From Nitrosococcus oceani ATCC 19707 (lineage in GTDB: Bacteria; Pseudomonadota; Gammaproteobacteria; Nitrosococcales; Nitrosococcaceae): a stretch of 32,000 nt of DNA. Every line of letters begins with the position of its first letter. Position 1 is the first letter of the stretch. The DNA lies in contig NC_007484.1 of assembly GCF_000012805.1 (NCBI RefSeq), positions 1 through 32,000 on the forward strand, in the 5' to 3' direction. The notes beneath the pieces are model-generated. The model saw only the letters and a program-made list of their open reading frames with translations. It had not been told where the DNA came from and searched no databases. Position numbers and translations under genes: made by a program. Of the stretch, positions 1 to 9,398 are shown in pieces.

Positions 1-119
1 GCCAAGGTGGCTTGATTAAGGATAAGTTTTAATTTCTCTAGAAACAATATTATGGCAGAGATCTTCAATCCTAAACATACGAGGACATAAAACTGCCCTT
101 CTTTCTAGCCGCATCTCTT

Positions 120-142
120 TATAATGCTAGGCTTTAACCACA
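120..142 (+). promoter_or_regulatory. Putative dnaA promoter -10 element plus a near-consensus DnaA box in the 5' leader (possible autoregulation)
   Basis: TATAAT at 120-125, about 40 nt upstream of the dnaA ATG. TTAACCACA at 134-142 matches TTATCCACA in 8 of 9 positions. No convincing -35 hexamer at 17-nt spacing. AAGGAG at 159-164 could be the RBS, but its spacer is very short. Confidence 0.3.
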
Positions 143-165
143 ACCTCTCGATTGTTTAAAGGAGT

Positions 166-1524
166 ATGCAGTCTGTGCCATCCTCGCTTTGGAAGCATTG
201 CCTCAACCACCTAGAGGGAGAACTCGATCCCCAAGAGTTCAACACCTACATTCGCCCCTTGCAAGCAATACAACAAGGTACTAGTTTGCAACTCTATGCG
301 CCGAATCAATTTGTCATTGATTGGGTACAAAACTGCGCTGAGAGCCGTATTAATGCTTTATTATCCCACTATAGCAGCGGTCGTATCGAAAAGGCACTTC
401 TTGAGGTAGGTTCTTGTAGCTTGCAGCCTCAGCCTCATATCCAAGCGGTCGAATTAACCTCAAAATCTGCACGCTCTTCTTCTAGAGTAGTTGATCGGAT
501 ACCTGAATCTAGACTCAATAAAAACTATACTTTTGATAGTTTTGTGGAGGGTAAATCCAATCAATTACCTCGCGCTGCTTCCCATCAAGTTGCGGAAAAT
601 CCCGGGAGTGCCTATAACCCTCTTTTCATTTACGGAGGGGTAGGCCTTGGCAAAACCCATCTAATGCATGCGGTAGGCAATTATATCCGAAGCCGTAATC
701 CTAGCGCTCGGGTAGTTTATCTGCACTCGGAACAATTCGTTGCTGAAATGATTAAAGCCTTACAACTTAATGCTATCAACGAATTTAAAACTCGTTATCG
801 CTCAGTAGACATTCTGCTTATCGACGATATCCAATTTTTTGCGGGAAAAGAACGTTCTCAAGAGGAATTTTTTTATACTTTCAACACTTTACTTGAAGTT
901 CAGCATCAAATAATCTTAACCTGTGACCGTTTTCCCAAAGAGGTCAATGGATTAGAGGAGCGATTAACATCACGGTTTGGCTGGGGGCTAACAGTTGCTG
1001 TTGAACCGCCAGAATTAGAAACGCGAGTCGCAATATTGATGAATAAAGCCAGCATCGAAAATATCATTCTATCGGATGACGTAGCGTTTTTCCTAGGGCG
1101 CCTCATCTATTCCAACATCCGAGAGTTAGAGGGCGCATTGCGGAGGGTGATTGCTTACTCTCGATTTACCCACCGTCCGATTACAATGGAACTAACGCGT
1201 GAAGCCCTAAAAGATCTGCTAACGCTACAAGAAAAGCTAGTCACTATAGAGAACATCCAAAAAACAGTAGCTGAGTACTATAAAATTAGGGTTTCTGATT
1301 TATCATCAAAACGGCGCTCACGGGTAGTAGCTCGGCCTCGGCAAACCGCAATGTCACTTTCCAAAGAATTAACGGATCATAGTTTAACGGAAATTGGAAA
1401 ATTCTTCGGTGGTAGAGATCATACTACCGTTCTGCACGCTTGCCGTAAAATAAACGAGCTCAAGAGTATAGATCGTCGAATGGCCGAAGACTATCACAAT
1501 CTGCTAAAAAAGTTATCAACTTAA
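166..1524 (+). CDS. dnaA: Chromosomal replication initiator protein DnaA
   Basis: 452-aa ORF. AAA+ Walker [11 protein letters not shown] and Walker [10 protein letters not shown]-terminal DnaA-box-binding helix-turn-helix region ([23 protein letters not shown]). Followed by dnaN, as in the conserved dnaA-dnaN string. Confidence 0.97.
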   Translation: MQSVPSSLWKHCLNHLEGELDPQEFNTYIRPLQAIQQGTSLQLYAPNQFVIDWVQNCAESRINALLSHYSSGRIEKALLEVGSCSLQPQPHIQAVELTSKSARSSSRVVDRIPESRLNKNYTFDSFVEGKSNQLPRAASHQVAENPGSAYNPLFIYGGVGLGKTHLMHAVGNYIRSRNPSARVVYLHSEQFVAEMIKALQLNAINEFKTRYRSVDILLIDDIQFFAGKERSQEEFFYTFNTLLEVQHQIILTCDRFPKEVNGLEERLTSRFGWGLTVAVEPPELETRVAILMNKASIENIILSDDVAFFLGRLIYSNIRELEGALRRVIAYSRFTHRPITMELTREALKDLLTLQEKLVTIENIQKTVAEYYKIRVSDLSSKRRSRVVARPRQTAMSLSKELTDHSLTEIGKFFGGRDHTTVLHACRKINELKSIDRRMAEDYHNLLKKLST

Positions 1525-1525
1525 T

Positions 1526-1680
1526 TGTGGATAACCCTGTGTATAAGTTGTGTATAAACTGTGGGTAAAGTTTGATATGAATATTATCCACAACTTATAC
1601 ACAACTTATACACAACTTATACACAGGGTTATAAACATTCTAAGTAATTAATTTATAAATATAAAAATGGATTATCCACG
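1526..1680. promoter_or_regulatory. Cluster of nine DnaA boxes in two opposed, helically phased arrays (candidate oriC DnaA-assembly region)
   Basis: Bottom-strand boxes: TGTGGATAA 1526-1534, TGTGTATAA 1538-1546 and 1549-1557, TGTGGGTAA 1560-1568. Top-strand boxes: TTATCCACA 1584-1592, TTATACACA 1595-1603, 1606-1614 and 1617-1625, TTATCCACG 1672-1680. Seven of nine fit TTATNCACA exactly. Spacing within each array is 11 nt. Confidence 0.75.
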
Positions 1681-1850
1681 GATTTTTAAATGATGCACTA
1701 TCACTATCATTTTAATATATATTCTTGTTATAGAATCGTAGAGTATCCCTAAAAATTGATAATTTAATGTAAAATAAAGCGATGCAGTTGATTTTAATTT
1801 AGACAATTGTTATACAACCTTCTTTAAAAGAGTTGCATCAAACCATTACC
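1626..1850. other. AT-rich tract, candidate DNA-unwinding element
   Basis: About 220 bp that is visibly much more A+T-rich than the rest of the window (runs such as taattaatttataaatataaaaat and ttttaatatatatt). It lies immediately beside the DnaA-box arrays and contains no ORF. Confidence 0.45.
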
Positions 1851-2395
1851 TAAGGACTTCGAACGGCGGTTGAGAAGAGGGAGGACTGTAACAGCTAGAC
1901 TGGGGACAGTACGAATTAGCCCCTGCCATAGCGAAGAGAATGAGCAGATGCTTTACAGAAAGATAATACGGCCATTGTGGCGCATAGGAAAAGTATCGCG
2001 AAACTCCTTTAGCAAATGCATACCCACTGCTCGCCTTAATCTGCTTTTAGGCCGCTAGAAAACAAGGTGAAGGTCCTTTTCATTCAAATTTGATAGGGTT
2101 GGTGTGGGCCAAAAATAAGTTCGGATGGGTGAAGTAAGCTCCCCTCAAGCGTTACAATAGTTTTTGCGGAAGGGACAGTACCATAGAATTATGGGGAAGC
2201 CGGAGAATAAACTCTCAAAAAATAAGCCGAGCTATCCGGAGAAAGATTGCAAAATCAAGTGATCATCAAATAACACTATTAAGCAGCTAAATAATTGTTT
2301 AAGCTATATAAAAACAAATAGTGGTTTTGTAAAAGTCACAAAATAATGTTACATATCCCTTATCCTTGCTTGGTTTAAAAGAGAAAAAGCAATTG

Positions 2396-3499
2396 ATGCG
2401 CTTTTCCATTAAAAGAGAAGAAATTGTTAGGCACTTAGTAACCGTTTGTGGCGTAGTAGAACGACGCCATACACTGCCTATACTCTCCAACGTTCTCCTT
2501 TCGGTTAAAGATTCACAGCTTTCTCTGATGGCGACTGATCTTGAAATTGAAATAAGGACTGCCCTTAAGGTTTTATCTTCAGAAGAAGGCAAAGTAACCG
2601 TTTCGGCAAGGAAATTCTTAGAAATTTGTCGTGCCCTTCCTTCTGGATCAGCATTAGAAGCTCAGTATAAAGAAGGACAATTTTATATTCATTCTGGTCG
2701 CAGCCGGTTTACGCTTAGCACTCTTCCTGCTGAGGATTTTCCAAGTATCGATAGCATTGATGCGGTAGCAGAATTAGAACTGACCCAAGCAGAGCTAAAA
2801 CAATTATTGCATCGGACGGTCTTTTGTATGGCTCATCAGGATGTCCGTTACTATCTTAATGGTTTATTATTGGAGCTGACGGAAGAATCTATCCATGCGG
2901 TTGCTACAGATGGGCATCGTCTTGCGCTAGCTTCTTTAGCAAAAGGAGCGGACCAAGAGGGAACAGAAATTCAATCTATCATTCCCCGAAAAGCAATATT
3001 AGAGTTAGTGCGTTTGTTAGAGGAATCGCAGGAACCGGTACGGTTAAAATTTGGTACTAACCAGATGAGGGCAGAATTCCAAGGATTGTCCTTCTCTACC
3101 AAGCTAATTGATGGACAATTTCCCGACTATAAACGAGTAATACCTGTAGGTTGTGAGAAGCAATTTGTTGCTGATCGAGAAAGATTTAAACAGGCTTTAG
3201 TACGGGTAAATATTCTTACTAACGACAAATATCGTGGAGTCCACTTACATTTATCAGATTTAAAGCTGCAAGCTATAGTCACTAACCTAGAGCAAGGGTC
3301 TGCTGAGGAAGAGCTAGATATAAAATACCAAGGGGAGAATTTGGAAATCGTCTTTAATAATTTTTATCTTATTGATGTTCTTAATATTATTGATACGAAA
3401 GAAGTTAGATTAACTTTTACTAATGCTAGTAGTAGTTGCCTAATTACCCCTATTGATGCATCTGATAGTAAGTATGTTGTCATGCCTATGAGATTGTAG
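2396..3499 (+). CDS. dnaN: DNA polymerase III beta sliding clamp
   Basis: The ORF track opens at a TTG at 2366. The ATG at 2396 gives the canonical N-terminus MRFSIKREE and a 367-aa protein ending in MPMRL. Three-domain clamp length; located downstream of dnaA. Confidence 0.96.
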   Translation: MRFSIKREEIVRHLVTVCGVVERRHTLPILSNVLLSVKDSQLSLMATDLEIEIRTALKVLSSEEGKVTVSARKFLEICRALPSGSALEAQYKEGQFYIHSGRSRFTLSTLPAEDFPSIDSIDAVAELELTQAELKQLLHRTVFCMAHQDVRYYLNGLLLELTEESIHAVATDGHRLALASLAKGADQEGTEIQSIIPRKAILELVRLLEESQEPVRLKFGTNQMRAEFQGLSFSTKLIDGQFPDYKRVIPVGCEKQFVADRERFKQALVRVNILTNDKYRGVHLHLSDLKLQAIVTNLEQGSAEEELDIKYQGENLEIVFNNFYLIDVLNIIDTKEVRLTFTNASSSCLITPIDASDSKYVVMPMRL

Positions 3500-3589
3500 A
3501 CGACTTTATTGTTTTAGGAGTTCACCGAGTTTGGAAGGAATGAGAGATAGAACTGATAAGAAGTCGTGCGCTCGTACCTTAGAGCCTGT

Positions 3590-4210
3590 TCAAAGTTTTT
3601 TGAGTAGCAGGGCCAGGAAGGCCAAGTGGATGAGCTGCAAGCTGGTGTGTTCATCATTCGCTCGCGGCTTTTCCAGCCAGGCGAAACGACGCTCGACGAT
3701 CCATCGCTTGGGCATGACCTTGAAGGTGCGTAGTTCGCTGCGTTTGGCAATCTGTAGTTGCACATGCGCACCCAGGATTTAGCGCACACCCTGTGCCAAG
3801 GGCTAGCCCACATAGCTGCTGTCACACAACAAGCTTTGCACTCGCCCAAGCTTATTAGGTTTACAGCGGCACAGCACCTGTAGCACTCCTTTTCGGTCTG
3901 TCACCTCGGTGTGGTTTAGGGCCACAGCGATGTGGCGCTTGACGCCCGAAACCTTCTTACCCGCGTCCATAGCCCTTCTGGCCTGCCGTGTCCGTGTTTT
4001 TCACGCTCTGTGCGTCCACAATCAAGAACGCGCTGCAAGCGTCGCGCCCCCGTTTCTCACGGGCCACGCCAACCTGATTTTTTTAATGCCTGTTCCAGCA
4101 GGCTGCCTCCTTCGCGGGGATCACTCCAGATGGCCCAGTACGAGTGTACTGTGCGCCACTTAGGAAAGTCATTGGGCAGGTCGCGCCATAGGCAGCCCGT
4201 ACGCATCAGG
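3590..4210 (-). pseudogene. C-terminal two thirds of the element F transposase (DDE, IS5 family), with in-frame stops and frameshifts
   Basis: Minus-strand translation gives YLMRTGCLWRDLPNDFPKWRTV ... GYDAGKKVSGVKRHIAV ... FKVMPKRWIVERRFAWLEKPRANDEHT ... LALLLKKL*. The RWIVERRFAWL block is the IS5-family hallmark. At least four in-frame stops are seen. Confidence 0.75.
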
Positions 4211-5118
4211 TATAGTTATTTGCGTTAAGAATAAGACAATATGAGTTGATCGATTGAAGTGTGCTGTGGCAATGATTGTCGCCTCTTTTTCATGCCGCCA
4301 AATGAATTTTCTATGGGATTGAAGTCTGGTGAATAGGGCGGTAGCGGTATGAGCATGTGGTAATCTGAAGCCACAATCGTCTGGATACGCTTATGATTGT
4401 GAAATGAAGCATTGTCCATGACGATGAGGGTGGGCTCATGCAGCTCTTTCATCAAGCACTGCTCAATCCATGTTTCAACAAGCGCCGCCGTGCATGAGCC
4501 TTCAAAGAGCATGGGCGCCAACCCTTCTTTTTCCTGCCCCTTGGCGGCGTGTGACGCTGTGCCATGATAAGATGAGTCCGGCGTTTGCGTTTGCCTGTGA
4601 TAAGGCCAAGGATTTTGTGTCCTTTTTGCACCCATCCTGCATCACGGTCACAAGGGGCATCAAAGCCCGTTTCATCCATGTAAATCAGGTTCTTGAGACC
4701 GAACATCCTATGCGCGGCAGTGAGTTTCTTAAGAAATTCTTGCCTTTTCATATTGCACCGCTCTTTATATCCGTGCTCTTTTTTTTACGATCTTTAACGT
4801 CTTGAGCGCACGGCTTATAGAGCTCGTGTGAACGCCAAAAACTTCCGCGCGTTCATGCAAAAACATATCGGGATGCTCCTCAGTGTGCTTCTTCAGAGCA
4901 GCCTTATCAATCTTACGATGACGAAAACCAGCCTTCTTGGGAGCCAGATCATCAGCATTTAGCCAACGATAAAGCGTGTTGCGAGAAAAACCAAAAAGAC
5001 GCGATGCCTCAACTTTGCTACCACCCTTTTTTATGTAAGAGAGGGCGGCCTCTCTCAAATCAAGCGAATAAGTCATGCATTATAATAACATGTAACTTTA
5101 TTAACGCAAACTACTATA
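4211..5118 (-). mobile_element. IS630-family (short ISY100/Tc1-mariner-like) element, here called A, nested inside F
   Basis: Terminal inverted repeats: TATAGTTATTTGCGTTAA (4211-4228) against the reverse complement of 5101-5118 (TATAGTAGTTTGCGTTAA). TA sits at both outer ends, as expected for TA-targeting IS630. Length is 908 bp. Confidence 0.85.
4225..5076 (-). pseudogene. Element A transposase, broken into three reading frames
   Basis: N-terminal helix-turn-helix ORF 4765-5076 (MTYSLDLREAALSYIKKGGS...). Middle frame 4452-4751 (LIYMDETGFD...GKRKRRTHLIMAQ). C-terminal frame 4225-4635 (LIVMDNASFHNH...PPYSPDFNPIE, the DDE signature). There is one in-frame TAA and at least two frameshifts. Confidence 0.8.
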
Positions 5119-5263
5119 CAGCACCGCGCAGAATACCTCGTACAGATCTAGTTGACAGGGCGCTGTCCTTTTGTGGGCACTCTCCAACAAAGGGCTCATA
5201 ACCTCGAATTGCTTCGGCTTGATACCACTTGGATAACCTCTTCTCATCTCCCAATCTCCTCAT
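5119..5263 (-). pseudogene. N-terminal part of the element F transposase, separated from the rest by element A
   Basis: The ATG at 5263 reads MRRLGDEKRLSKWYQAEAIRGYEPFVGECPQKDSALSTRSVRGILRGAV. This continues in frame as YLMRTGCLWRDLP at 4212 once A is skipped. Confidence 0.6.
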
Positions 5264-5289
5264 AACTCAGAGACTTTGAACAGGTTCTA

Positions 5290-5681
5290 AGAAGGATCTG
5301 AATAACTGCCAATTTTCGCCAGCATCAGCTTGAAATGCCAAAATTTCTAAATTTAGATATTATTATTACTGTCTCTGGTTATTCTCTGATTCCCGCCATT
5401 TGGGCAGCATCCGGATGCATTGGCTCTACGCCAGCAGGTATTTTTCGCCGATGAGCAAGTTGGTGAAGGCGGCTAACAGATGCAGACGGCTTGTATTTTT
5501 GGCCAGGCTACAGTAGCGAACCTAGCTATAGCTAGAGACTTGCTTGATGTAACGGAACGGATAGCTCCACCTTGGCTGAATGCTGGCTTTGATTTTCTCG
5601 ACTTTAGCCTTAGCCCCCATCCCGTGTCTTCGAGCACTGGGGCGGCTGATAATGAAGCAGGAAACATCTTTACGATGTTTA
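5290..5681 (-). mobile_element. 3' fragment of an IS5-family (IS5-group) element, here called E
   Basis: A single minus-strand frame reads KDVSCFIISRPSARRHGMGAKAKVEKIKASIQPRWSYPFRYIKQVSSYS*VRYCSLAKNTSRLHLLAAFTNLL...*, with the final stop at 5426-5428. This matches the C-terminal RAKVEHPFR...VRYRGLAKN block of IS5 transposases. The terminus GAAGGATCTGAATAAC at 5291 resembles the IS5 inverted repeat GGAAGGTGCGAATAAG. The 5' part is cut off by element D. Confidence 0.6.
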
Positions 5682-6745
5682 TACCATTTCTTTAAATATT
5701 TGCATGCTTTAAAGCGGAGAGGATGAAGGGGTAACCTGTTAAAGAACGAATCGTTTGTGGATTGAGGTTCTGGAGGATTTCCCCAGCGGTCTGTCGAAGG
5801 GAGTCTAGGGTACTGAAGAGCACCCAACTGAGCTAATCTTTCATGTGTTGCCAAAGCCGTTTGATAGGGTTGAGCTCGGGGCTATAGGGAGGTTGGAACA
5901 GCCACACGATATTCTCAGGCAACTCCAGTTTCTTGGCCCGATGAGAGTGGGCATTATCAAGTTGAACGATAGGCAGAGCGTGGGAATAGCGTTGCGCGAG
6001 GTGATCCAAATAAATATGAAAAAAGAAGCTTTCCCCGCTCAGCGGCTCCACCGCCCCATAGAAAAAGAAGGCTTTAAATTGCCATTGCACCGGCGCTAGG
6101 GGCTTGGTGCCGGGCGGGGTAATGAGCCGCCGGGGGATCGTTTTGAGCCCAAAATCTGTTTCATCATAACACCCGTACCGCACTGGTACAGCAGGGTCTT
6201 CAGCCCCGTAGAGGAGTTGCAGAATATCTAGGCGCCGCAGGCGTGTTTTTTTAAACTCAACCCCTGCCGCTTCTTCTCGATGAAGGTGGCTTAGGCGCGC
6301 CACTTTGAGCTTGGCTTTGAGCCGGTAACGTACTGTCTGATGTAGCGTTTTATACTTCATCTGCAAGCCGTATTCTTCCCTCAGCCACTGTGTTCAATGG
6401 CCCCATAACTCTTAAAACCCGGGGGGACTTCCAAACGCTGCTTCAAAGCCTGCTCAACCGCCGGCGGTATAGCTCGGGCACCTCCATCATGCGCCGTCCC
6501 AAGCTCCAGCAAGCCTGCTAACCCTCGGGCTCGATACTTATCAAACCAGCGATAAAGGAAGGGTAGAGGGATTGCGCCCTAGCACTTTCCCAAGGCTGTT
6601 TGAGTTCGGTGACTTGCTCGCTCTTGAGCAAATATAAGCCTGAACCCGTTCTTTGCCTTTCACCTTGCTCTGCTGATGAAGTAGCGCTTTTAATTCCTCG
6701 ACACGCTCCGTGATCTCTAGCTCTAGGCGGCGACTCATCAACCTC
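5682..6745 (-). mobile_element. IS630-family element, here called D, 5'-truncated, with a transposase pseudogene
   Basis: The C-terminal domain reads QLDNAHSHRAKK...QPPYSPELNPIKRLWQHMKD, followed by an in-frame TAG at 5833-5835. The same frame then continues LSWVLFSTLDSLRQTAGEILQNLNPQTIRSLTGYPFILSALKHANI* (stop at 5692-5694). The N-terminal part (MSRRLELEITERVEELKALL, ATG at 6738) is frameshifted near 6370-6480. TATA at 5680-5683 marks the probable left end. No right inverted repeat was found. Confidence 0.7.
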
Positions 6746-7847
6746 GCTCCTGCCCGGGTTGGGTAGAGCCGGTGATGGGTCCGCTCGCGCTTCAGGTTGC
6801 CGAAGAAGCGCTCCACTACGGCATTGTCCCAGCAGAGTCGCCTCGGCGCCTCATACTGCAGTGCATGCCGTGCTTAGCCAGCAGGGCCTGGTACTCCTGG
6901 AAAGCATATTGGCTACCCCGATCCGAGTGATGGATCAGACCCGCTTTAGGCTGGCGCCGCCATAGTCAGAGTGTCCTTGACCTAAATCGACCCGCAGATG
7001 ATTCGCTAGTGACCAACCCACGACCCGCCGGGAATATAAATCGATCACCACCGCCAAGTACAGCCACCCTTCAGTGGTCCATAGATAGCTAATATCCGCT
7101 GCCCATACCCAATCGGGGGCGGCCACGGTAAACTGCCGCTCAAGAAGGTTAGGGGCCACGGGATAACCGTGCCGGCTGTGGGTGGTGGCCTTAAAGCGCT
7201 TCTTCGGCTTAACCACCGCGCCTACCTGAGGCATCAAGCTTCGGGCCTGATAGCGCCCCGCCAGTATGACCGTCGGCCTAGAGTTGTTTGGCCATTCGCC
7301 GGCTTCCATAATTCCCTCCCGTTTCTTCATGGATCGCTTTCACTCGATACACCAAGGCTTGCCTCTGAGCCTTCTCGTCCCCTCGCTGTCTATAGTCTTA
7401 GTAGCCGCTGCGGTTCACCTCCATGACCTGGCCCAGCAGCGCAATCGGATAGGCCTTCTTCTGCCGCTCAATGAACTGATATCTCAGCTCGATTCCTTGG
7501 CGAAGAAGGCTGCCGCCTTTTTTAAAATCTCCCGCTCCATCCGCAGCTGCTTCAGCTCTTTCCATTCTGGCCCTGAAAGCCTCTCTCCAGCAACCTCAGT
7601 GCTCAACTCCTGGCACCTGCGGCCAAGCATACTGCGGTCAATAACCAAATTCTGGGCCGCCTCCGAAACCTGGTAACCCCGCTCGGTTGCCAACTTGACG
7701 GCTTTTTGCTTGAAACTCTGAGTATACTTTCGCTTCTTCTGTGGATGGATAAATACCTCGTCTCTCTTTACTCTATTTTTTCTCTATTTTGAGGCTTAAC
7801 AAGATGTCCGTTCTAATTAAACCACTTCAAGGTTATTCCTCCCTTCA
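6746..7847 (-). mobile_element. IS3-family element, here called H, 3'-truncated; orfA and orfB are both degraded
   Basis: orfA: KKRKYTQSFKQKAVKLATERGYQVSEAAQNL...REILKKAAAFFAKES (7484 to about 7750, with no ATG left). orfB fragments: [61 protein letters not shown] and [17 protein letters not shown], with several frameshifts. The reading frame is cut after YPTRAGAR at about 6750. The probable terminus reads TGAAGGG on the minus strand at 7841-7847. Confidence 0.75.
7517..7523 (-). promoter_or_regulatory. IS3-type programmed -1 frameshift heptamer A AAA AAG at the orfA/orfB overlap
   Basis: The minus strand reads GAG ATT TTA AAA AAG GCG GCA (EILKKAAA). This is the canonical A6G slippery site at the position where IS3 orfA ends and orfB begins. 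Confidence 0.6.
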
Positions 7848-8382
7848 GACGCCCGCTCCCCATGCCAGCTGGTCGGCTTCGAGCGCGTATGCTGCGCATC
7901 CATTTTCTGCAGCATGGGTTCAACCTGTCCGACCCTGCCACCGAGGAGGCGCTGTACGACTCCCAGGCCATGGGCTAATTCAGCGGCATCGACCTCGACC
8001 AGGAACTGGTGGCGGGCGAGAGCGCGCTCTGCAAGTTTCGCCATCTGATGAAGCGCCACAATTTCGGCGATCAGATGTTTTACTTGGTCAATCAATATCT
8101 TGCAGAGAATGGCGTGAGAGTTAATCGCGGTACCATCGTCGATGCCACGATCATCAATGCGCCAGCTTCACCAAGGACTGGAAAAACAACGGGATCCGGA
8201 AATACACTCGACTGGCAAGGGCGCCACCAGGGGTATTTCGGGATGAAGGCGCGCACTGGTGTTGACAGTCGCACCAGCTTGATTCGCAGCGTTGTCGCCA
8301 CGGCGGCCAATATCCACGACTCGGCCGTTTTCGGCGGCTTGTTGCACGGACAGGAAACCCGCCTCTGGGGTGATTCGGCCTA
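7848..8382 (+). pseudogene. 5' and middle part of an IS5-group transposase (element G), N-terminally truncated
   Basis: The plus strand reads RLRARMLRIHFLQHGFNLSDPATEEALYDSQAMG*FSGIDL...LCKFRHLMKRHNFGDQMFYLVNQYLAENGVRVNRGTIVDATIINAP...YFGMKARTGVDSRTSLIRSVVATAANIHDS...LLHGQETRLWGDSAY. It is collinear with E. coli IS5 InsH. One in-frame TAA and frameshifts lie around 8160-8230. Confidence 0.75.
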
Positions 8383-9398
8383 TAGCGGTTCTCATTTAAA
8401 TTAGGGACAGAGTCCGCAGTGTTTAAAGTAGGCTTGGCAGTTTCGAGGGGAAATCAGCGTGAGCGCTTCGCTAAGGGCTTCATAAAGTTGCTCTTTTTTC
8501 CGGGCGGCTTTTTTCTTCAGGACATGTTTTAGCTTGGAGCAGGCGTACTCAATAGGATTGAGTTCAGGATGATAGGGGGGTAAAAAGACCACCTTGGCGC
8601 CGGTCTGCTCGCTTCGCTCAATGGCCTCTTCCTATCGATGAGCGGCGGCATTATCTAAAATCACCGCTTTTCCTGCCCGTAGATAAGGCAATAGAAACTG
8701 TTCGACATCATAGAGGAAAACGGAACCCTTGAGCGTGCCTTCAAAGCACAAGGCGGTCTCCAGCCCTTGTAGGGATAGAGCGCCGAGGGCGCTGATCCGT
8801 GGCCCTCCTCCGGTGGGCTTCTCGCCATAGGCTCTTTGATTTTGAGGGGCACGGGCAAAAATCGGGGTCAGGTCAAGACCCGATCCGCTTTCATCGATAA
8901 ATATCAACGCCTTATTCTCAATCTGGGCCCGTCTCTCCCGATACGCTGCCCTTAACCTTTGGACCCGGGGGCTCTTTTGCTGAGGGTCATAAAACGTTTT
9001 TTTTACGGCTTATTTTTAACCGCTTCAACCCCCGCTGTTGCTCATACCGCTCACACAGCTCCGCCAGCGTTAAATCCGGGCGCTCTTCCAGCCACTTGCG
9101 CAGGTACTCACCCCCCCGCCTCATCCACCTTCGGCTCGACCCATCTGCCCTGGGGCCGCATTCCCGCTCTCTCGGTAGCGCTTCCACACCCGTTTGAAAC
9201 AACTCTCCGAAACTAAAAACCTCTCCGCTACCGCTTCCTGGGTAAGCTCCCCCCTTGCCGATAACAGGCCACCATCTTCTCTCGTAAATCCTCGGAATAA
9301 GGCCCTGTCATTCTCTTGTCCCCTCTATTCATTCTTTCACTATTATCACATTCTCCTCCTTTTTTTCCTTGGTGGCCAGCTAAATGGGAAACGCTATA
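8381..9398 (-). mobile_element. IS630-family element, here called B, inserted at a TA; transposase is a pseudogene
   Basis: Inverted repeats: TATAGCGGTTCTCATTTA (8381-8398) against the reverse complement of 9381-9398 (TATAGCGTTTCCCATTTA). Transposase pieces: MTGPYSEDLREKMVACYRQGGS (ATG at 9311), IFIDESGSGL, VILDNAAAHR and VFLPPYHPELNPIEY, spread over several frames. Confidence 0.8.

Larger units (their letters stand above)
3582..5287 (-). mobile_element. IS5-family element (IS427-like two-part transposase), here called F, interrupted by element A
   Basis: Terminal inverted repeats: GAGCCTGTTCAAAGT (3582-3596) against the reverse complement of 5270-5287 (GAACCTGTTCAAAGTCTC). Each end is flanked by TA (3580-3581 and 5288-5289). 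Without the nested element it is about 800 bp, the right size for this IS5 subgroup. Confidence 0.75.

Noticed and set aside
1593-1625. Three perfect 11-bp tandem repeats (ACTTATACACA), which could be taken for a minisatellite or a tiny CRISPR-like array
   Set aside because: Each unit contains a TTATACACA DnaA box, and the mirror-image copies lie at 1538-1557. There are no spacers and no cas genes. The repeats are explained by the DnaA-box array.
1870-2058. A 62-aa ORF in the dnaA-dnaN spacer
   Set aside because: It has no ribosome-binding site, an Arg-rich composition and no recognisable motif. The region is kept only as an unexplained-sequence finding.
3531-4228. Plus-strand ORFs 3531-3782, 3909-4163 and 3932-4228, and the minus-strand ORF 3514-3849
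   Set aside because: They are alternative or antisense frames over the decayed IS5-family transposase, whose true frame carries RWIVERRFAWL. They are Arg/Ser/Cys/Pro-rich and low in complexity, with no Shine-Dalgarno sequence.
4530-4580. A possible shared programmed -1 frameshift between the GKRKRR..MAQ and LAPML.EGSC segments of A and A'
   Set aside because: Counting nucleotides shows different net offsets in the two copies (+2 in A, +1 in A'). A' also has no slippery run here. These are independent indels, not a conserved recoding site.
4779-4786. A homopolymer difference (A8 in element A, A7 at 11035-11041 in A'), first suspected to be the frameshifting lesion or a programmed slippery site
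   Set aside because: Aligning the two copies shows a compensating extra C just upstream in A' (ATCCGTAAAAAAA against ATCGTAAAAAAAA), so both are in the same frame across the tract. The real lesions in A are an in-frame TAA inside a 15-nt insertion and an extra G after GAAAAG.
5833-5835. In-frame TAG codons in three different dead transposases (D at 5833, E near 5500, IS1 near 17030), considered as a possible sign of stop-codon reassignment or directed mutation
   Set aside because: Other in-frame stops in the same IS relics are TGA and TAA, and all housekeeping genes terminate normally. The sample is too small, and ordinary decay (for example CAG to TAG in the IS1 relic) explains it.
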